Source: an uncultured Candidatus Saccharibacteria bacterium (GTDB lineage: Bacteria > Patescibacteriota > Minisyncoccia > Phycocordibacterales > JACOZG01). Taken from it: 64,000 nucleotides of DNA. The stretch spans positions 79,042 through 143,041 of the forward strand of contig CAZYLF010000001.1 in NCBI GenBank assembly GCA_964648765.1. The letters are read 5' to 3'. Of this stretch, positions 53,809-63,743 are shown piece by piece. Made by a program: the position numbers and the translations under genes. The notes beneath the pieces are model-generated. The model had not been told where the DNA came from. It searched no databases and saw nothing but the letters and a program-made list of their open reading frames with translations. Positions within the stretch are counted from its first letter, which is position 1. Each line of letters opens with the position of its first letter.

Positions 53809-54393
53809 TTAGTGTTTAGCTTTAGTGATAATGTCGTCCACAATGCCGTAGGTTTTTGCTTCTTCTGCCGACATAAAGTAGTCGCGGTCAGAATCTTTTT
53901 CAATTTGTTCAAGTTTTTGACCGGTGTGCCGAGCCAACATTTTATTGAGGTTGTCTTTGGTTTTTAAAATATGTTTGGCGCTAATCGCAATATCTGAAGC
54001 TTGACCCTCAGTGCCGCCAAGCGGTTGATGGATCATCACCTCAGCATTAGGGAGCACATAACGTTTACCTTTTTTACCTGCTGAGAGGAGCAGGGCGCCA
54101 CCAGAGGCAGCAATACCCACACAGACCGTAGACACGTCCGGGCGGATGTAGTTCATGGTGTCGATAATCGCTAATGTGGCAGTTACTGCGCCCCCTGGAG
54201 AATTGATGTATAAAGTAATGTCCTTTTTAGGATCCTCAGACTCAAGGAAGAGCAATTGGGCAATAATAATATTGGCTACATTGTCATCAATCGGCCCGCC
54301 TAAAAACACGATCCGCTCGCGTAAAAGCCTTGAGTAAATATCATAGGCTCGTTCACCGAATGGCGACTTTTCAATAACGGTTGGTATTAACAT
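53809..54393 (-). CDS. clpP: ATP-dependent Clp protease proteolytic subunit
   Basis: [42 protein letters not shown] ... MIHQPLGG. Confidence 0.9.
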   Translation of the reverse strand: MLIPTVIEKSPFGERAYDIYSRLLRERIVFLGGPIDDNVANIIIAQLLFLESEDPKKDITLYINSPGGAVTATLAIIDTMNYIRPDVSTVCVGIAASGGALLLSAGKKGKRYVLPNAEVMIHQPLGGTEGQASDIAISAKHILKTKDNLNKMLARHTGQKLEQIEKDSDRDYFMSAEEAKTYGIVDDIITKAKH

Positions 54394-54405
54394 AATTTTT
54401 TACAA

Positions 54406-55359
54406 TTAAACCAGACTTTCTAAAAATTGCAAGGTTTTCTCACTGGCGATGGCGTTTTCAAGATATACTCGCAAACGTAAAGGGTCAGCATCTTTGTGCT
54501 CCATTTGTAAGGTTTCAAGATGTGGCTCGATCTCTTCCTCAGTGGCTTTGATATTTTCTTTGATTCCTACTTCAGTTAGGACGAGCGACGAGATGATCCG
54601 TTTCTTTGCACCCTCCTGCCAATCCTTCTTTAAATCTTCCTCGGACTTTTTTAGGTGCTTTAGATAATCCTCAAACTTAAGTCCCATTGAGGCAATATCG
54701 TTTTTCATCTCATGAATCATTTTTTCTAACTCGTTTTCAATTAAAATTGGTGGGATTTCTACTTTTGAGGCCTCTACTAGAGCATCAATTAATGAGAGGC
54801 GACGTTTTTCATGAGCTTTGCGGGTTTTTTCACTTACTAAATATTTCCTTATCTCCTCTTCGGTCGGGATTTTGGCGTCTTTGCTTCCTTCTTGGCTTTT
54901 GGTGACGTTTTCAAGAACTTTTTTTACTTCATCGTCGGTTACTTCTGGCTCTTTTTCGTCTTTATTCTTTTTATTGGATTCTTTTGCAACGTTTTTGTAG
55001 TCAGGCAAAGCTAATTTGGGCGCCAAAGCGGTTTTAATTTTAAAACCAAGTGGATTACCTTTGGCGATTTTAGTAATTGTGATTTCCGGCCGGCCAATCA
55101 CGTCCAGAGACTTCTCCTTAACTATTTTGGGGTACCATTCTGAAAGGGCTAGTTCAGCCATCTCAAGTAAAACGCGCTCGGTGCCAAGTTTGCTCTCAAG
55201 CACAGCTTCAGGCACGTGGCCATCGCGGAAGCCATCAATTTTAACTTCCGCTTGCAGGCGCTTTAAGGCGGCATCTCGTTTGGCTTCAAAATCAGCCAAA
55301 GCAATTTCACCCTCCAGCTCGATCTCCGAGTTGGTTAAATTTGTGAGTTTTACCTCCAT
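54406..55359 (-). CDS. tig: trigger factor (short form, apparently lacking the PPIase domain)
   Basis: N-terminal ribosome-binding-like domain (EVKIDGFRDGHVP) and C-terminal arm. Only 317 aa. Confidence 0.7.
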   Translation of the reverse strand: MEVKLTNLTNSEIELEGEIALADFEAKRDAALKRLQAEVKIDGFRDGHVPEAVLESKLGTERVLLEMAELALSEWYPKIVKEKSLDVIGRPEITITKIAKGNPLGFKIKTALAPKLALPDYKNVAKESNKKNKDEKEPEVTDDEVKKVLENVTKSQEGSKDAKIPTEEEIRKYLVSEKTRKAHEKRRLSLIDALVEASKVEIPPILIENELEKMIHEMKNDIASMGLKFEDYLKHLKKSEEDLKKDWQEGAKKRIISSLVLTEVGIKENIKATEEEIEPHLETLQMEHKDADPLRLRVYLENAIASEKTLQFLESLV

Positions 55360-55367
55360 AAAATTTT

Positions 55368-55679
55368 TTATTGTAGTTCGACTTCTAGTGAATTAACGTC
55401 TTCGTCCAAAAAGTCAGGACTTTCTGTGCTTAAATCTGCTTCAAGATCACTTACGTCTGTGGGGTCTGGACTGGTGGTTAAGCTGTTTTCTCCAGTACCG
55501 GTGCCATTTTGAACACCAGCTCCCTCCATATTGTCTCCTGCTGGGACCTCGGGTTTACTAAGTAAAAGGTAAGCTCCGCCGAGAATTAAAATAATAACGA
55601 TGATTACGGCGCTAATGGTTGGCCCTTTGGACTGTTTCTCAGGCCCACCTACGATCTCACTTTGGTTAATTTGATCCAT
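55368..55679 (-). CDS. small membrane-anchored hypothetical protein
   Basis: TM segment ISAVIIVIILILGGAYLLL. Acidic tail. Confidence 0.4.
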   Translation of the reverse strand: MDQINQSEIVGGPEKQSKGPTISAVIIVIILILGGAYLLLSKPEVPAGDNMEGAGVQNGTGTGENSLTTSPDPTDVSDLEADLSTESPDFLDEDVNSLEVELQ

Positions 55680-55702
55680 GTTTCAAGGTTTCTTGTTGAT
55701 AA

Positions 55703-56263
55703 TTAATTGGCTGTGGTGGAAGCAGTCGCGTTATCCTTGGCCTCCATCCTAGCGTCTTTTAAAGCTTTTACGGCTTCACGGACCTTCTCGTGGGCCATCT
55801 TTATCTTTTCTACCAGATTTTTGATTGAATTGCGAACTTCTTCAATGATTGCTAGTGGTTTTACTTGATCTCCAGTTAGTTGGGTACCAGCTGTCTCAAT
55901 TTTGGTTTTTAAGGTTTCGTAAAGGGTTTTGGCTTCAGTAATCAAAGTTTTGGCTTCAGCAATTTTCGCTTTAGCAACTACTGTGCTGATGTTTCGGGCA
56001 TCAAACTCGTTAATTCTGGCTTCAATCTTAGCCACTAAACGCTCGTTTCGCTCAAAAGCAGCAGGGAAACGTTCGCGGATTCGATTGAGTTCGGCTTTCA
56101 CTCTCTCCCGCTTATCTGTTTTCCATTCCTTGATCCTTTCAATCAATGGGCGCTCATCCTTCTTCATCGCGTTGGTTCCAGTAGCTGATTGAGCCATTAC
56201 CTGGTTGCCGAGGCCCAACCCGACCGCTCCCAAAAGCAGTAATATTAATGTGTTTTTAAGCAT
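55703..56263 (-). CDS. secreted coiled-coil protein
   Basis: Signal peptide (ILLLLGAVGLGLGNQVMA), then K/E-rich helices. Confidence 0.45.
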   Translation of the reverse strand: MLKNTLILLLLGAVGLGLGNQVMAQSATGTNAMKKDERPLIERIKEWKTDKRERVKAELNRIRERFPAAFERNERLVAKIEARINEFDARNISTVVAKAKIAEAKTLITEAKTLYETLKTKIETAGTQLTGDQVKPLAIIEEVRNSIKNLVEKIKMAHEKVREAVKALKDARMEAKDNATASTTAN

Positions 56264-56320
56264 GTAAAATAATTATCAAACTAATAAATAAGTTCAATAC
56301 TATTTTACTACTTTTTTGCT

Positions 56321-56845
56321 CTATTTACCAAACTTTGCTTGATAGAGTTCTTGCCCGCGGACAAAAGCATTTTCAGCCTCGTTTTTACCGGCAAAACCTT
56401 TAACTTCTACCTTTTTGCCTTGCAATTGCTTGTAGGTGCTATAAAAGTGTTCAATTTCCTTAATTTGATGAGGATTTAGGTCAGCCAAATCTTTAATATC
56501 TTTAAAGCGTGGGTCATCCACCGGCACTGAGATGAGTTTGTCGTCAGCTTCACCGCTATCAATCATATTCATAATGGCCACCGGGCGCACGCGCACCAAA
56601 ACTCCCGAGGGGAGCGGGTTGGTGGTTAAAATTATCACATCAAGAGCGTCGCCGTCGTCCCAAAGGGTTTTTGGCACAAAACCATAGTCAAAGGGGAAGG
56701 TTTGAGCGCTGTGCAAAACGCGATCAAGGGCGATCATGCCCGTTTCCTTATCAATTTCGTACTTATTATTTGAGCCTTTAGGAATTTCAACAATTACGTT
56801 GATGCTTTCCTTGGTGCCTGGTTCCACATCGTGCCAAAGATTCAT
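56321..56845 (-). CDS. ppa: inorganic pyrophosphatase (family I)
   Basis: VIVEIPKGSNNKYEIDKETGMIALDRVL ... DGDALDVIILT. Confidence 0.9.
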   Translation of the reverse strand: MNLWHDVEPGTKESINVIVEIPKGSNNKYEIDKETGMIALDRVLHSAQTFPFDYGFVPKTLWDDGDALDVIILTTNPLPSGVLVRVRPVAIMNMIDSGEADDKLISVPVDDPRFKDIKDLADLNPHQIKEIEHFYSTYKQLQGKKVEVKGFAGKNEAENAFVRGQELYQAKFGK

Positions 56846-56847
56846 AA

Positions 56848-58041
56848 TTATTCTGATTTAGTTTCGCTAATAATTGGTTCTGAGGGAGTTTCTGTTGGGG
56901 CAACGGGAGTTGGTGTAGTGGAATTAATGTCGATTTTCCAGCCGGTTAATTTGGCAGCAAGGCGCACATTTTGTCCGCCTTTACCTACCGCGAGTGAAAA
57001 TTGTTCGGGTTCTACCATAATTTTGGCCTCGCGAGTTTCCTCAGTTAATTTTACCTCTTTAATTTTAGCAGGTGAGAGAGCGTTTTCAATAAATTCTTTA
57101 GGATTTTCAGACCATTCAATAATATCAATCTTTTCACCTCCTAATTCAGCAATTACTGTGTTTACTCGCACGCCACGCTGGCCTACGCAAGAGCCTACTG
57201 GGTCAATATTTGATTCTTTTGAAGAAACGGCCACCTTAGTGCGTCCGCCAGCTTCACGAGCCACCGCTTTAAACTCCACAATACCATTGGCAATTTCTGG
57301 AGCTTCAAGTTCAAAAAGTTTCTCCACAAATTTAGGGTGAGAACGGGAGAGGCGGAGATTAATACCGCGTGGCGTGTCTTCCACGCGCACCAAATAAGCG
57401 CGGATGCGCTCACCTTGGCGATAATGCTCGCCGGGTACTTGCTCGTCGTAAGGCAAAGTGGCGGTGGTGCGGCCGAGATCCACTAGTACGTTGCCACGCT
57501 CCACTTTTTGCACTTTACCGTTCAAAATAGAGCCTTGGCGGTCAGAATATTCCTCCATAACGGAAGTTTTTTCAGCTTCGCGAATTCTTTGAATAATCAC
57601 CTGTTTGGCGGTTTGAGCGGCAATACGGCCGTAATCATCTTTTGTTTCAAGTGGGAAGATCAACTCCTCATTTAAAGCCACGTTTTGTTTGATCTTTTTG
57701 GCGTCATCAATCCACATATGATGCTCCTCGTTAAAGCGAGGGAGGGGTTCTGCAGCCACTTCACCTTCAGCCAATGGAGCCTTAACCTCAACTACTTCCT
57801 CCTCGCCCTCTACTGCGGCTGGGCGCACCACGCTTTCATCCACCGCTACTTTAACTTGATAAAACTCAGTTTTTCCGGTTTCTAAATCAAGTTTGGCACG
57901 GATAATCTGACCTTTTTTGCCGTAATCTTTTTTATACGCGGCAACTAAAGCGTCCTCAATGGCGCCGATAATCTTTTCGCGCGGAATCCCGCGCTCTTCC
58001 TCTAATTGCTCCAATGCTGATTTTAAGCTTTTTAAATCCAT
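56848..58041 (-). CDS. nusA: transcription termination/antitermination factor NusA
   Basis: N-terminal NusA domain, S1, and two KH domains (GSCVGQRGVRVNTVIAELGGEKIDII). Confidence 0.9.
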   Translation of the reverse strand: MDLKSLKSALEQLEEERGIPREKIIGAIEDALVAAYKKDYGKKGQIIRAKLDLETGKTEFYQVKVAVDESVVRPAAVEGEEEVVEVKAPLAEGEVAAEPLPRFNEEHHMWIDDAKKIKQNVALNEELIFPLETKDDYGRIAAQTAKQVIIQRIREAEKTSVMEEYSDRQGSILNGKVQKVERGNVLVDLGRTTATLPYDEQVPGEHYRQGERIRAYLVRVEDTPRGINLRLSRSHPKFVEKLFELEAPEIANGIVEFKAVAREAGGRTKVAVSSKESNIDPVGSCVGQRGVRVNTVIAELGGEKIDIIEWSENPKEFIENALSPAKIKEVKLTEETREAKIMVEPEQFSLAVGKGGQNVRLAAKLTGWKIDINSTTPTPVAPTETPSEPIISETKSE

Positions 58042-58146
58042 GTAATTATTTTTTTATAAAAAAATCCGTAGCTTGCGCCCGGACAATCGTAAATCGAACC
58101 TGTCCCCATGAGCTTATCATAACCAAGGGTGGTTGTCAAAATCAAG

Positions 58147-58905
58147 TTAATGAGATTTAGAGGCTCCCCAGAGGCCATCAAACCAAGCCTGCATGGTCTG
58201 GTGATGTTCTTTAGACGTAATAATTACCGCATAACTATTTTTGATAGATGAAACATAGAGTGTTTTGTTGTCATAGAGGAAAACCGTAGTTTCAAATTTA
58301 CCTTGCATTGCGGCGGGTAATATTTTTATTTGTGACAGTTCTGTATAGTATTGCTTGATTAGCTCCTGGTTTATTGGCTCTTCCCAAAGATTTTTTGTTT
58401 TGATATTTCTCCGTACGCGTTCTTCCACAAATGTTTCCACAAAATCTTTACCAACCTGCCAAAAGAAATTTGCTTTTGGAACAACAGAGTAAATTTGCTT
58501 ATTTTTGCAATAAAGCATATCCATCACCACATTTTTTACCGCTTCAACTCCCTCGAAAAAAGCAACACTCGGTTTTTGTTCAGGTAAAATTTTAGTTTCA
58601 AGTGAAGGAATAATCGAAATAATTCGGTCTCTTAATTTGTTGGCCTCCAGAGCTTTTTCTTCAGCGAGCATTATTAATCTCTTTGAGGATTCAATTGTAA
58701 ATTTTTTGTCGCCCTCCAGTCCCGTTTTGCTAATCAGTCCGCGTTTTTCTAAACAACCGAGAGCGTAATAGACGGTTGGGCGCTTTAATCTCGTGGCTTT
58801 AAGTAGGTCTCGGGCCGTTTGTGCTCCAGAAGTCATTGCTAAATATACAGTAATCTCTGAGTCACTCAATCCTAGCTGTGAAAGGTACTTTCTTGGTTCT
58901 TGCAT
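58147..58905 (-). CDS. TrmB-like HTH transcriptional regulator
   Basis: N-terminal LGLSDSEITVYLAMTSGAQTARDLLKATRLKRPTVYYALGCLEKRGLIS winged helix. Confidence 0.6.
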   Translation of the reverse strand: MQEPRKYLSQLGLSDSEITVYLAMTSGAQTARDLLKATRLKRPTVYYALGCLEKRGLISKTGLEGDKKFTIESSKRLIMLAEEKALEANKLRDRIISIIPSLETKILPEQKPSVAFFEGVEAVKNVVMDMLYCKNKQIYSVVPKANFFWQVGKDFVETFVEERVRRNIKTKNLWEEPINQELIKQYYTELSQIKILPAAMQGKFETTVFLYDNKTLYVSSIKNSYAVIITSKEHHQTMQAWFDGLWGASKSH

Positions 58906-59005
58906 GGTAAAAATTTATATTTGTATAGTGGTTATTATACATGATTGACGCTTTTTAGCAATCTGATAAGGTGTGGAAAGTCAGTTCTTTAAAAAGGAGA
59001 GTGTT

Positions 59006-59605
59006 ATGGATCCATTTGGGCTTACTGGCAATATCGGCTGTGGTAAAAGCACGGTTTCTCGGCTACTTTTGTCGCATGGTGACGTACTGGTTCTAGATAG
59101 CGATAGATTGGCTAAAGAGGTTATTTCCTCAAATATGAACCATGGGCAAATAAATGAAATTCTGGGGAGTGAGGTTTATGCTGGCGTCCCAGATTACAAA
59201 CTCATTGCTCAAATAATTTTTTCAGCACCCGATAGAAGAAGGATGCTGGAAGAATTTATTCATCCAAAGGTTTGGGAGGAAATTCAAAGAAGAATGCATC
59301 AAAAGCCTTTCAGGCCAATATGTGTAGTAGAATCGGCGCTAATCTTTGAGCTAGGTTGGGAGAGAAAGTTTTTTGCAACAATTGTTGCAACTTGTGGCGA
59401 GGAAGAACAAATTCGACGTCTTAAGGAGAATCGAGGGATGAGTATGGAAGAAATTATGGCTAGGAAAAGGTTGCAGCTTGATCCTGATGTTGTAAAAAGA
59501 CGAGCAGACTATGTTGTGGACACAGAATGTCCACTCCAGGAGTTGCAAAAACGGGTAGATTGTTTGCATCGGTCACTTATGTGGAGAATGGCAGGGACAC
59601 TATGA
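59006..59605 (+). CDS. coaE: dephospho-CoA kinase
   Basis: AAGGAG plus ATG at 59006. LTGNIGCGKST P-loop. Confidence 0.85.
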   Translation: MDPFGLTGNIGCGKSTVSRLLLSHGDVLVLDSDRLAKEVISSNMNHGQINEILGSEVYAGVPDYKLIAQIIFSAPDRRRMLEEFIHPKVWEEIQRRMHQKPFRPICVVESALIFELGWERKFFATIVATCGEEEQIRRLKENRGMSMEEIMARKRLQLDPDVVKRRADYVVDTECPLQELQKRVDCLHRSLMWRMAGTL

Positions 59606-60096
59606 AAAGAAAAGCTGTGTATGCGGGAACATTTGATCCTCCAACTCTCGGTCATCTTTGGATGGTTGAGCAGGCCTCTGGGTTGTTTGATGAAGTGGTG
59701 ATGGCAATTGGCCAAAATCCAGATAAGAAATCAAGATTTTCTCTCGAAGAGCGTCTTGAGATGCTTGAAAAAATCACTGCTCATTTGCCGAATGTTCGAG
59801 TCACTTCATACTGGAATCAATACCTCGCTTCGTATGCTGGCTCACTTGGAGCGCGGTATATTATCCGGGGTGTTCGTAATAGTGAGGATTATGAGTATGA
59901 AAGGGCAATGCGAAACATTAATGGCGATTTGGGGGCCGCAATTACCACTATTTTCCTGATACCGCCTCGTGAAATTGCTGAAGTGAGCTCGAGTGTGGTA
60001 AAAGGTTTAGTGGGGCCAGTAGGCTGGGAAGATGTTGTTTCAAAGTATGTCCCAGTTCCAGTACTTGAAAAATTGAAGGAGGTGAGGGAAAAATGA
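59602..60096 (+). CDS. coaD: phosphopantetheine adenylyltransferase
   Basis: ATGA overlap with coaE. AVYAGTFDPPTLGHL (T/HxGH motif). Confidence 0.9.
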   Translation: MKRKAVYAGTFDPPTLGHLWMVEQASGLFDEVVMAIGQNPDKKSRFSLEERLEMLEKITAHLPNVRVTSYWNQYLASYAGSLGARYIIRGVRNSEDYEYERAMRNINGDLGAAITTIFLIPPREIAEVSSSVVKGLVGPVGWEDVVSKYVPVPVLEKLKEVREK

Positions 60097-60494
60097 TCGC
60101 AGAACTGTTTGTTTATGCTTTGTTGGGTCACCTGATTGGAGATTTTTTGCTTCAGCCTAAAGAAATGGCTTTGCGTAAGTCCCAATCGGGGAGTAAGGGC
60201 TTGGTGATTTGCACAATGCACGTGTTGGTGTACACCGTCGCTGTTTGCGTGATGATGGGCACATTTAGCCTCCCAATTTTCCTCGGAGTATATGCGCCAC
60301 ATTGGGTAATTGATCGTTGGTCGCTTGCGGATAAGTGGAGTAGGTTGATCCGCGGGCGAACATTTGAAGCTGCTCATGCTTCAAAAGATCAATATCGTGA
60401 ATTCGATATCGCTTTCACTTGTACTGTGTATACGGTGATTGATAGCACTTTCCATCTACTTTGTTTGTTTGCGCTAATTAAGTATGCGGCGTAA
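60093..60494 (+). CDS. membrane protein (DUF3307-like)
   Basis: ATGA overlap with coaD. GHLIGDFLLQP, then 3 TM helices. Confidence 0.5.
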   Translation: MIAELFVYALLGHLIGDFLLQPKEMALRKSQSGSKGLVICTMHVLVYTVAVCVMMGTFSLPIFLGVYAPHWVIDRWSLADKWSRLIRGRTFEAAHASKDQYREFDIAFTCTVYTVIDSTFHLLCLFALIKYAA

Positions 60495-60499
60495 GAAGC

Positions 60500-60536
60500 A
60501 GACCCATGATAATTCAATTATCATGGGTCTTTTTAA
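60500..60536 (+). terminator. intrinsic terminator
   Basis: agacccatgataattcaattatcatgggtct followed by ttttt. Confidence 0.7.
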
Positions 60537-60618
60537 AATCTAAATTCGTGAAGTTATCAACATTTAATTGATTAAAATTCTTTGAGTGCACTCGACTTCT
60601 TGTTATGATGTTAGTCAA

Positions 60619-60918
60619 ATGGATGAACAAAATCAAAAGCATCATTATGGAGTAATCGCGGTGGTAGTGGTGGCAGTGATTCTCGCATTAGTTTTTATCG
60701 GCCAAAAATATTTAGGTGAAAAAGAGGGAGTACAATTAAGTGGAGAGTTGAGTGAGGAGGATAGGGAGGCGGTTTTAAATTCACTCTCGGCTAGCACCCC
60801 GTCTCCTCTAACCGCTGAGGAAAAAATAAAAGTGCTGGAGAGTCTAAGTTCCAAAGAGCCAAATCCGATGTCACCCGAAGAACAAGAAGCAGTTTTTAAT
60901 TCATTAATTTCTAATTAG
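60619..60918 (+). CDS. membrane-anchored protein with three EE..EAV.NSLS repeats
   Basis: TM segment VIAVVVVAVILALVFIG. Repeats EEDREAVLNSLSAS / EEKIKVLESLSSK / EEQEAVFNSLISN. Start uncertain (60586 or 60619). Confidence 0.4.
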   Translation: MDEQNQKHHYGVIAVVVVAVILALVFIGQKYLGEKEGVQLSGELSEEDREAVLNSLSASTPSPLTAEEKIKVLESLSSKEPNPMSPEEQEAVFNSLISN

Positions 60919-60920
60919 TT

Positions 60921-62195
60921 ATGAAATATTTTTTATTTTCAATCTTAATTCTCGCTTTGTTTGTGATCCCCACCCACGCCGCCTATAACCCCCCACCAGG
61001 CAGTGGCCAAGCCCCACTGTGCCCAGATGGCTACCCAGGCTGTAATCCACCTATCGACTCATCAGCTACTCCCCAAATCAAAGATGGTGGCTTAAGCATC
61101 CTCGGCCTCTTCCGCGCTCTCACTGGCATGGTAGTAGGTGGTGCTGCCAACGAAACCCCCAGCCCTAACCTTCTCTTAGATGTTGAGGGTAAAGTTGGTG
61201 CCACTGATTACTGTGATAAGGATGGTAATAATTGTACGAAGGCGGGTAATTTGGGGGGGTTCAAGAACATTTGGTACGCCGACACTAACAGTGTCTTTCT
61301 CCCTAACAACAAACTCACAGCTTCTTCTAATGGCACCTTAACCTTGAGAGGCAACGGCATTACCTTTGCTCATAATGCTGTGGACGCAGATGGTGATGGT
61401 GTTTCTGAGCCAGGGCTTATCCTCAGTGTTACTGGCGGTGGCGTGCAAGGCCCACAAGGACCCCAGGGACCAGTGGGGCCACAAGGGCCACCGGGACAAG
61501 ATGGTAATGGGGCTGGCACAGTCACAAAAGTTAAAGCATCAAAGGGTCTGAAGGCTTGGACTATTGGCGGAAGCCCATTATCTAATGACGAAATCACCTC
61601 ATCTGGTCAAATCGGTTTACAAAATTGCTCAACAGATGGTCAGGTTTTGAAATATGACGCGACAAGTAAGTCATGGAATTGCGCTAGTGATATTGGTGGT
61701 GGAGCTAGTGATAATTTAGGGAATCATGTTGCTGGGCAAGCATTAAAAATGGGAACCCAAAATATTGAGTTTCATAACGGCGGCACTGGCGCTCAGTATA
61801 ACTGGATAACCCAAGACACGACGGCCGCAGACGCTCTGATCATCCAAAGTCCTAAGCTTAGACTTAAGGTTGGTGGCGCTACGGGCGCGATTGGAGCTAG
61901 TGGTCAGGTGTTGACGGTTTCAGGTGGCAACGGCGATGCGGTTTGGAGTGACCCCTTTGCTTCAATGAGAATCTCTGGTCCTTATTCTGCAGATGATGCA
62001 AACAATGACGGCCTGCCTGGCACCCTATCTGCATCTTTAAGCAAGAAATTTTGTTTCCTTACAAGAGTAAACGCTCACGTGACAGACAAAAATCCACAGT
62101 GTTTGATTGGTAAGGGTGGGGCAGGAACCGTGCCACCGTTCGATTGGACTCTCTCTGCTTACTATGCCGATTGTCAGATGTACTGCTTTGATTAG
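60921..62195 (+). CDS. secreted protein with collagen-like GPQ triplets, tandem paralog 1
   Basis: Signal peptide. GGVQGPQGPQGPVGPQGPPGQDG. Conserved Cys-containing N-terminal block shared with the next two genes. Confidence 0.6.
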   Translation: MKYFLFSILILALFVIPTHAAYNPPPGSGQAPLCPDGYPGCNPPIDSSATPQIKDGGLSILGLFRALTGMVVGGAANETPSPNLLLDVEGKVGATDYCDKDGNNCTKAGNLGGFKNIWYADTNSVFLPNNKLTASSNGTLTLRGNGITFAHNAVDADGDGVSEPGLILSVTGGGVQGPQGPQGPVGPQGPPGQDGNGAGTVTKVKASKGLKAWTIGGSPLSNDEITSSGQIGLQNCSTDGQVLKYDATSKSWNCASDIGGGASDNLGNHVAGQALKMGTQNIEFHNGGTGAQYNWITQDTTAADALIIQSPKLRLKVGGATGAIGASGQVLTVSGGNGDAVWSDPFASMRISGPYSADDANNDGLPGTLSASLSKKFCFLTRVNAHVTDKNPQCLIGKGGAGTVPPFDWTLSAYYADCQMYCFD

Positions 62196-62203
62196 TTAGT
62201 TGT

Positions 62204-63742
62204 ATGAGCAATAACAAAAGTCAAAATTTTTTCACTACATTTTTTTTCTTCGTAGTAGTAACTTTTTTTCTACCTTTTTTCACTTTCGCCGCTTGGACAG
62301 TGCCAAGCTCGGCACCTACCCCACCAGGGGTAACTTGCCCAGCATCTGATCCGATGTGCAATATGCCGATTAATGTTTCCGGTGAAGATCAAACCAAAGC
62401 TGGTTCACTGGGAGTCTCGGGTACAACGGTTATTTATAATAATCTCGTGAGTCGCAAGGTGGGAGCTGGCCCCCATTTCCCAGCTCCAGCCGGTGTGGTT
62501 GATCTCGTGGTTGAAAATCAAATTTCAATTAGAGAGAATTGCGACGACTTTATGGTGGACGATGATTGTACAAACTTGATTTTAACTTCTGATGCAAACG
62601 GATTGGCTAGTTGGCTGCCAAGTGGATGGACTTTAAGTGGGACCGATCTTTATGCCAATAATTCAATGTTTCCAGACAATGGCAGTGTGTTGATTGGCAC
62701 AACCATACCAGTTGCAAATGCTAAGTTAACTGTGGCTGGAGCAATTGCCAGGAAGGGCACCACCCTTTATGGTTCAAATTCTTCCACTCACATAAATTTA
62801 GGCAACTCAAGTATTACCGGCACCGCTGCTCAAAATTATTCTGGTGCAACAGTTGGTGGGGGAAATTCTAACAATGCCAGAAATAATTACTCTACTGTGG
62901 CTGGTGGTCAATCAAACACCGCTGGCCAATCGGGTGTCCCGTCTAGCACCCATTCTTTTGTCGGTGGTGGTCAAAACAATGTTGCAAGCGGAGCTTATTC
63001 CGTTGTCCCTGGAGGTTTAAATAATATTGCTGCTGGTAGCCATTCTTTTGCTGCTGGTAGAGGAGCGCAGTTATCTAGTTTAGCCACTAGTACTTTTATT
63101 TTTGATAATAACACTGTTGGTAATCCTCCAGACATCGCCACGGCGAATGCTTTTTTAGTGTTTCCAACTCTTGGTCCAAACTCTGGTTTTACTGGTATTG
63201 GTACGTCTTCCCCAACAGCTAAGTTAGATGTGGTCGGAAAGGTTAGGGCGACTTCGCTTGATGTAAATGGCCTCGTTAAATTGGTCCCTAATTCTTCCAC
63301 TGCTGGTCAAGTATTAACCTCTGACGCATCAGGTAATGCCACCTGGGGTACAGTGACCATCCCCGGGTCTTCTTATCCAGGCAATTCAATTGTCAGAATT
63401 TCTTGTCGCTACAATGCCACCGGTTGTTCTACTGCCGCTGCTGGTGGGGCAAACGTTGTTAGCCCCCCACCTTGTTCTAGTTTGGTAGGTGGTGGGTGGA
63501 TGGAAGTGAGTTCAACCACTGAAGCTGTGGGTTCGGCAATTAACACTGTACGTACTTGTATACGCACCACAGGGATAACTCAAGTTTTATATTTGAAATC
63601 AGGCAGCGGCCCTGTCGCTTGTCCAGGCTCACCATGGAATGCTTTTCCAACGGGCGCTCCAGCCACATCTTTTTATTTTAATGAATGGGTCGGTGGTGGT
63701 GTGTTCGATAGAATATTAATTTGTTATCGTAACCATAGCTAA
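62204..63742 (+). CDS. secreted protein with YadA-head/tail-fibre-like beta-roll repeats, tandem paralog 2
   Basis: Signal peptide. Repeats NYSTVAGGQSNTAGQSG, SFVGGGQNNVASGAYSVVPGGLNNIAAGSHSFAAGRG. N-terminal block AWTVPSSAPTPPGVTCPASDPMCNMPINVS. Confidence 0.6.
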   Translation: MSNNKSQNFFTTFFFFVVVTFFLPFFTFAAWTVPSSAPTPPGVTCPASDPMCNMPINVSGEDQTKAGSLGVSGTTVIYNNLVSRKVGAGPHFPAPAGVVDLVVENQISIRENCDDFMVDDDCTNLILTSDANGLASWLPSGWTLSGTDLYANNSMFPDNGSVLIGTTIPVANAKLTVAGAIARKGTTLYGSNSSTHINLGNSSITGTAAQNYSGATVGGGNSNNARNNYSTVAGGQSNTAGQSGVPSSTHSFVGGGQNNVASGAYSVVPGGLNNIAAGSHSFAAGRGAQLSSLATSTFIFDNNTVGNPPDIATANAFLVFPTLGPNSGFTGIGTSSPTAKLDVVGKVRATSLDVNGLVKLVPNSSTAGQVLTSDASGNATWGTVTIPGSSYPGNSIVRISCRYNATGCSTAAAGGANVVSPPPCSSLVGGGWMEVSSTTEAVGSAINTVRTCIRTTGITQVLYLKSGSGPVACPGSPWNAFPTGAPATSFYFNEWVGGGVFDRILICYRNHS

Positions 63743-63743
63743 A

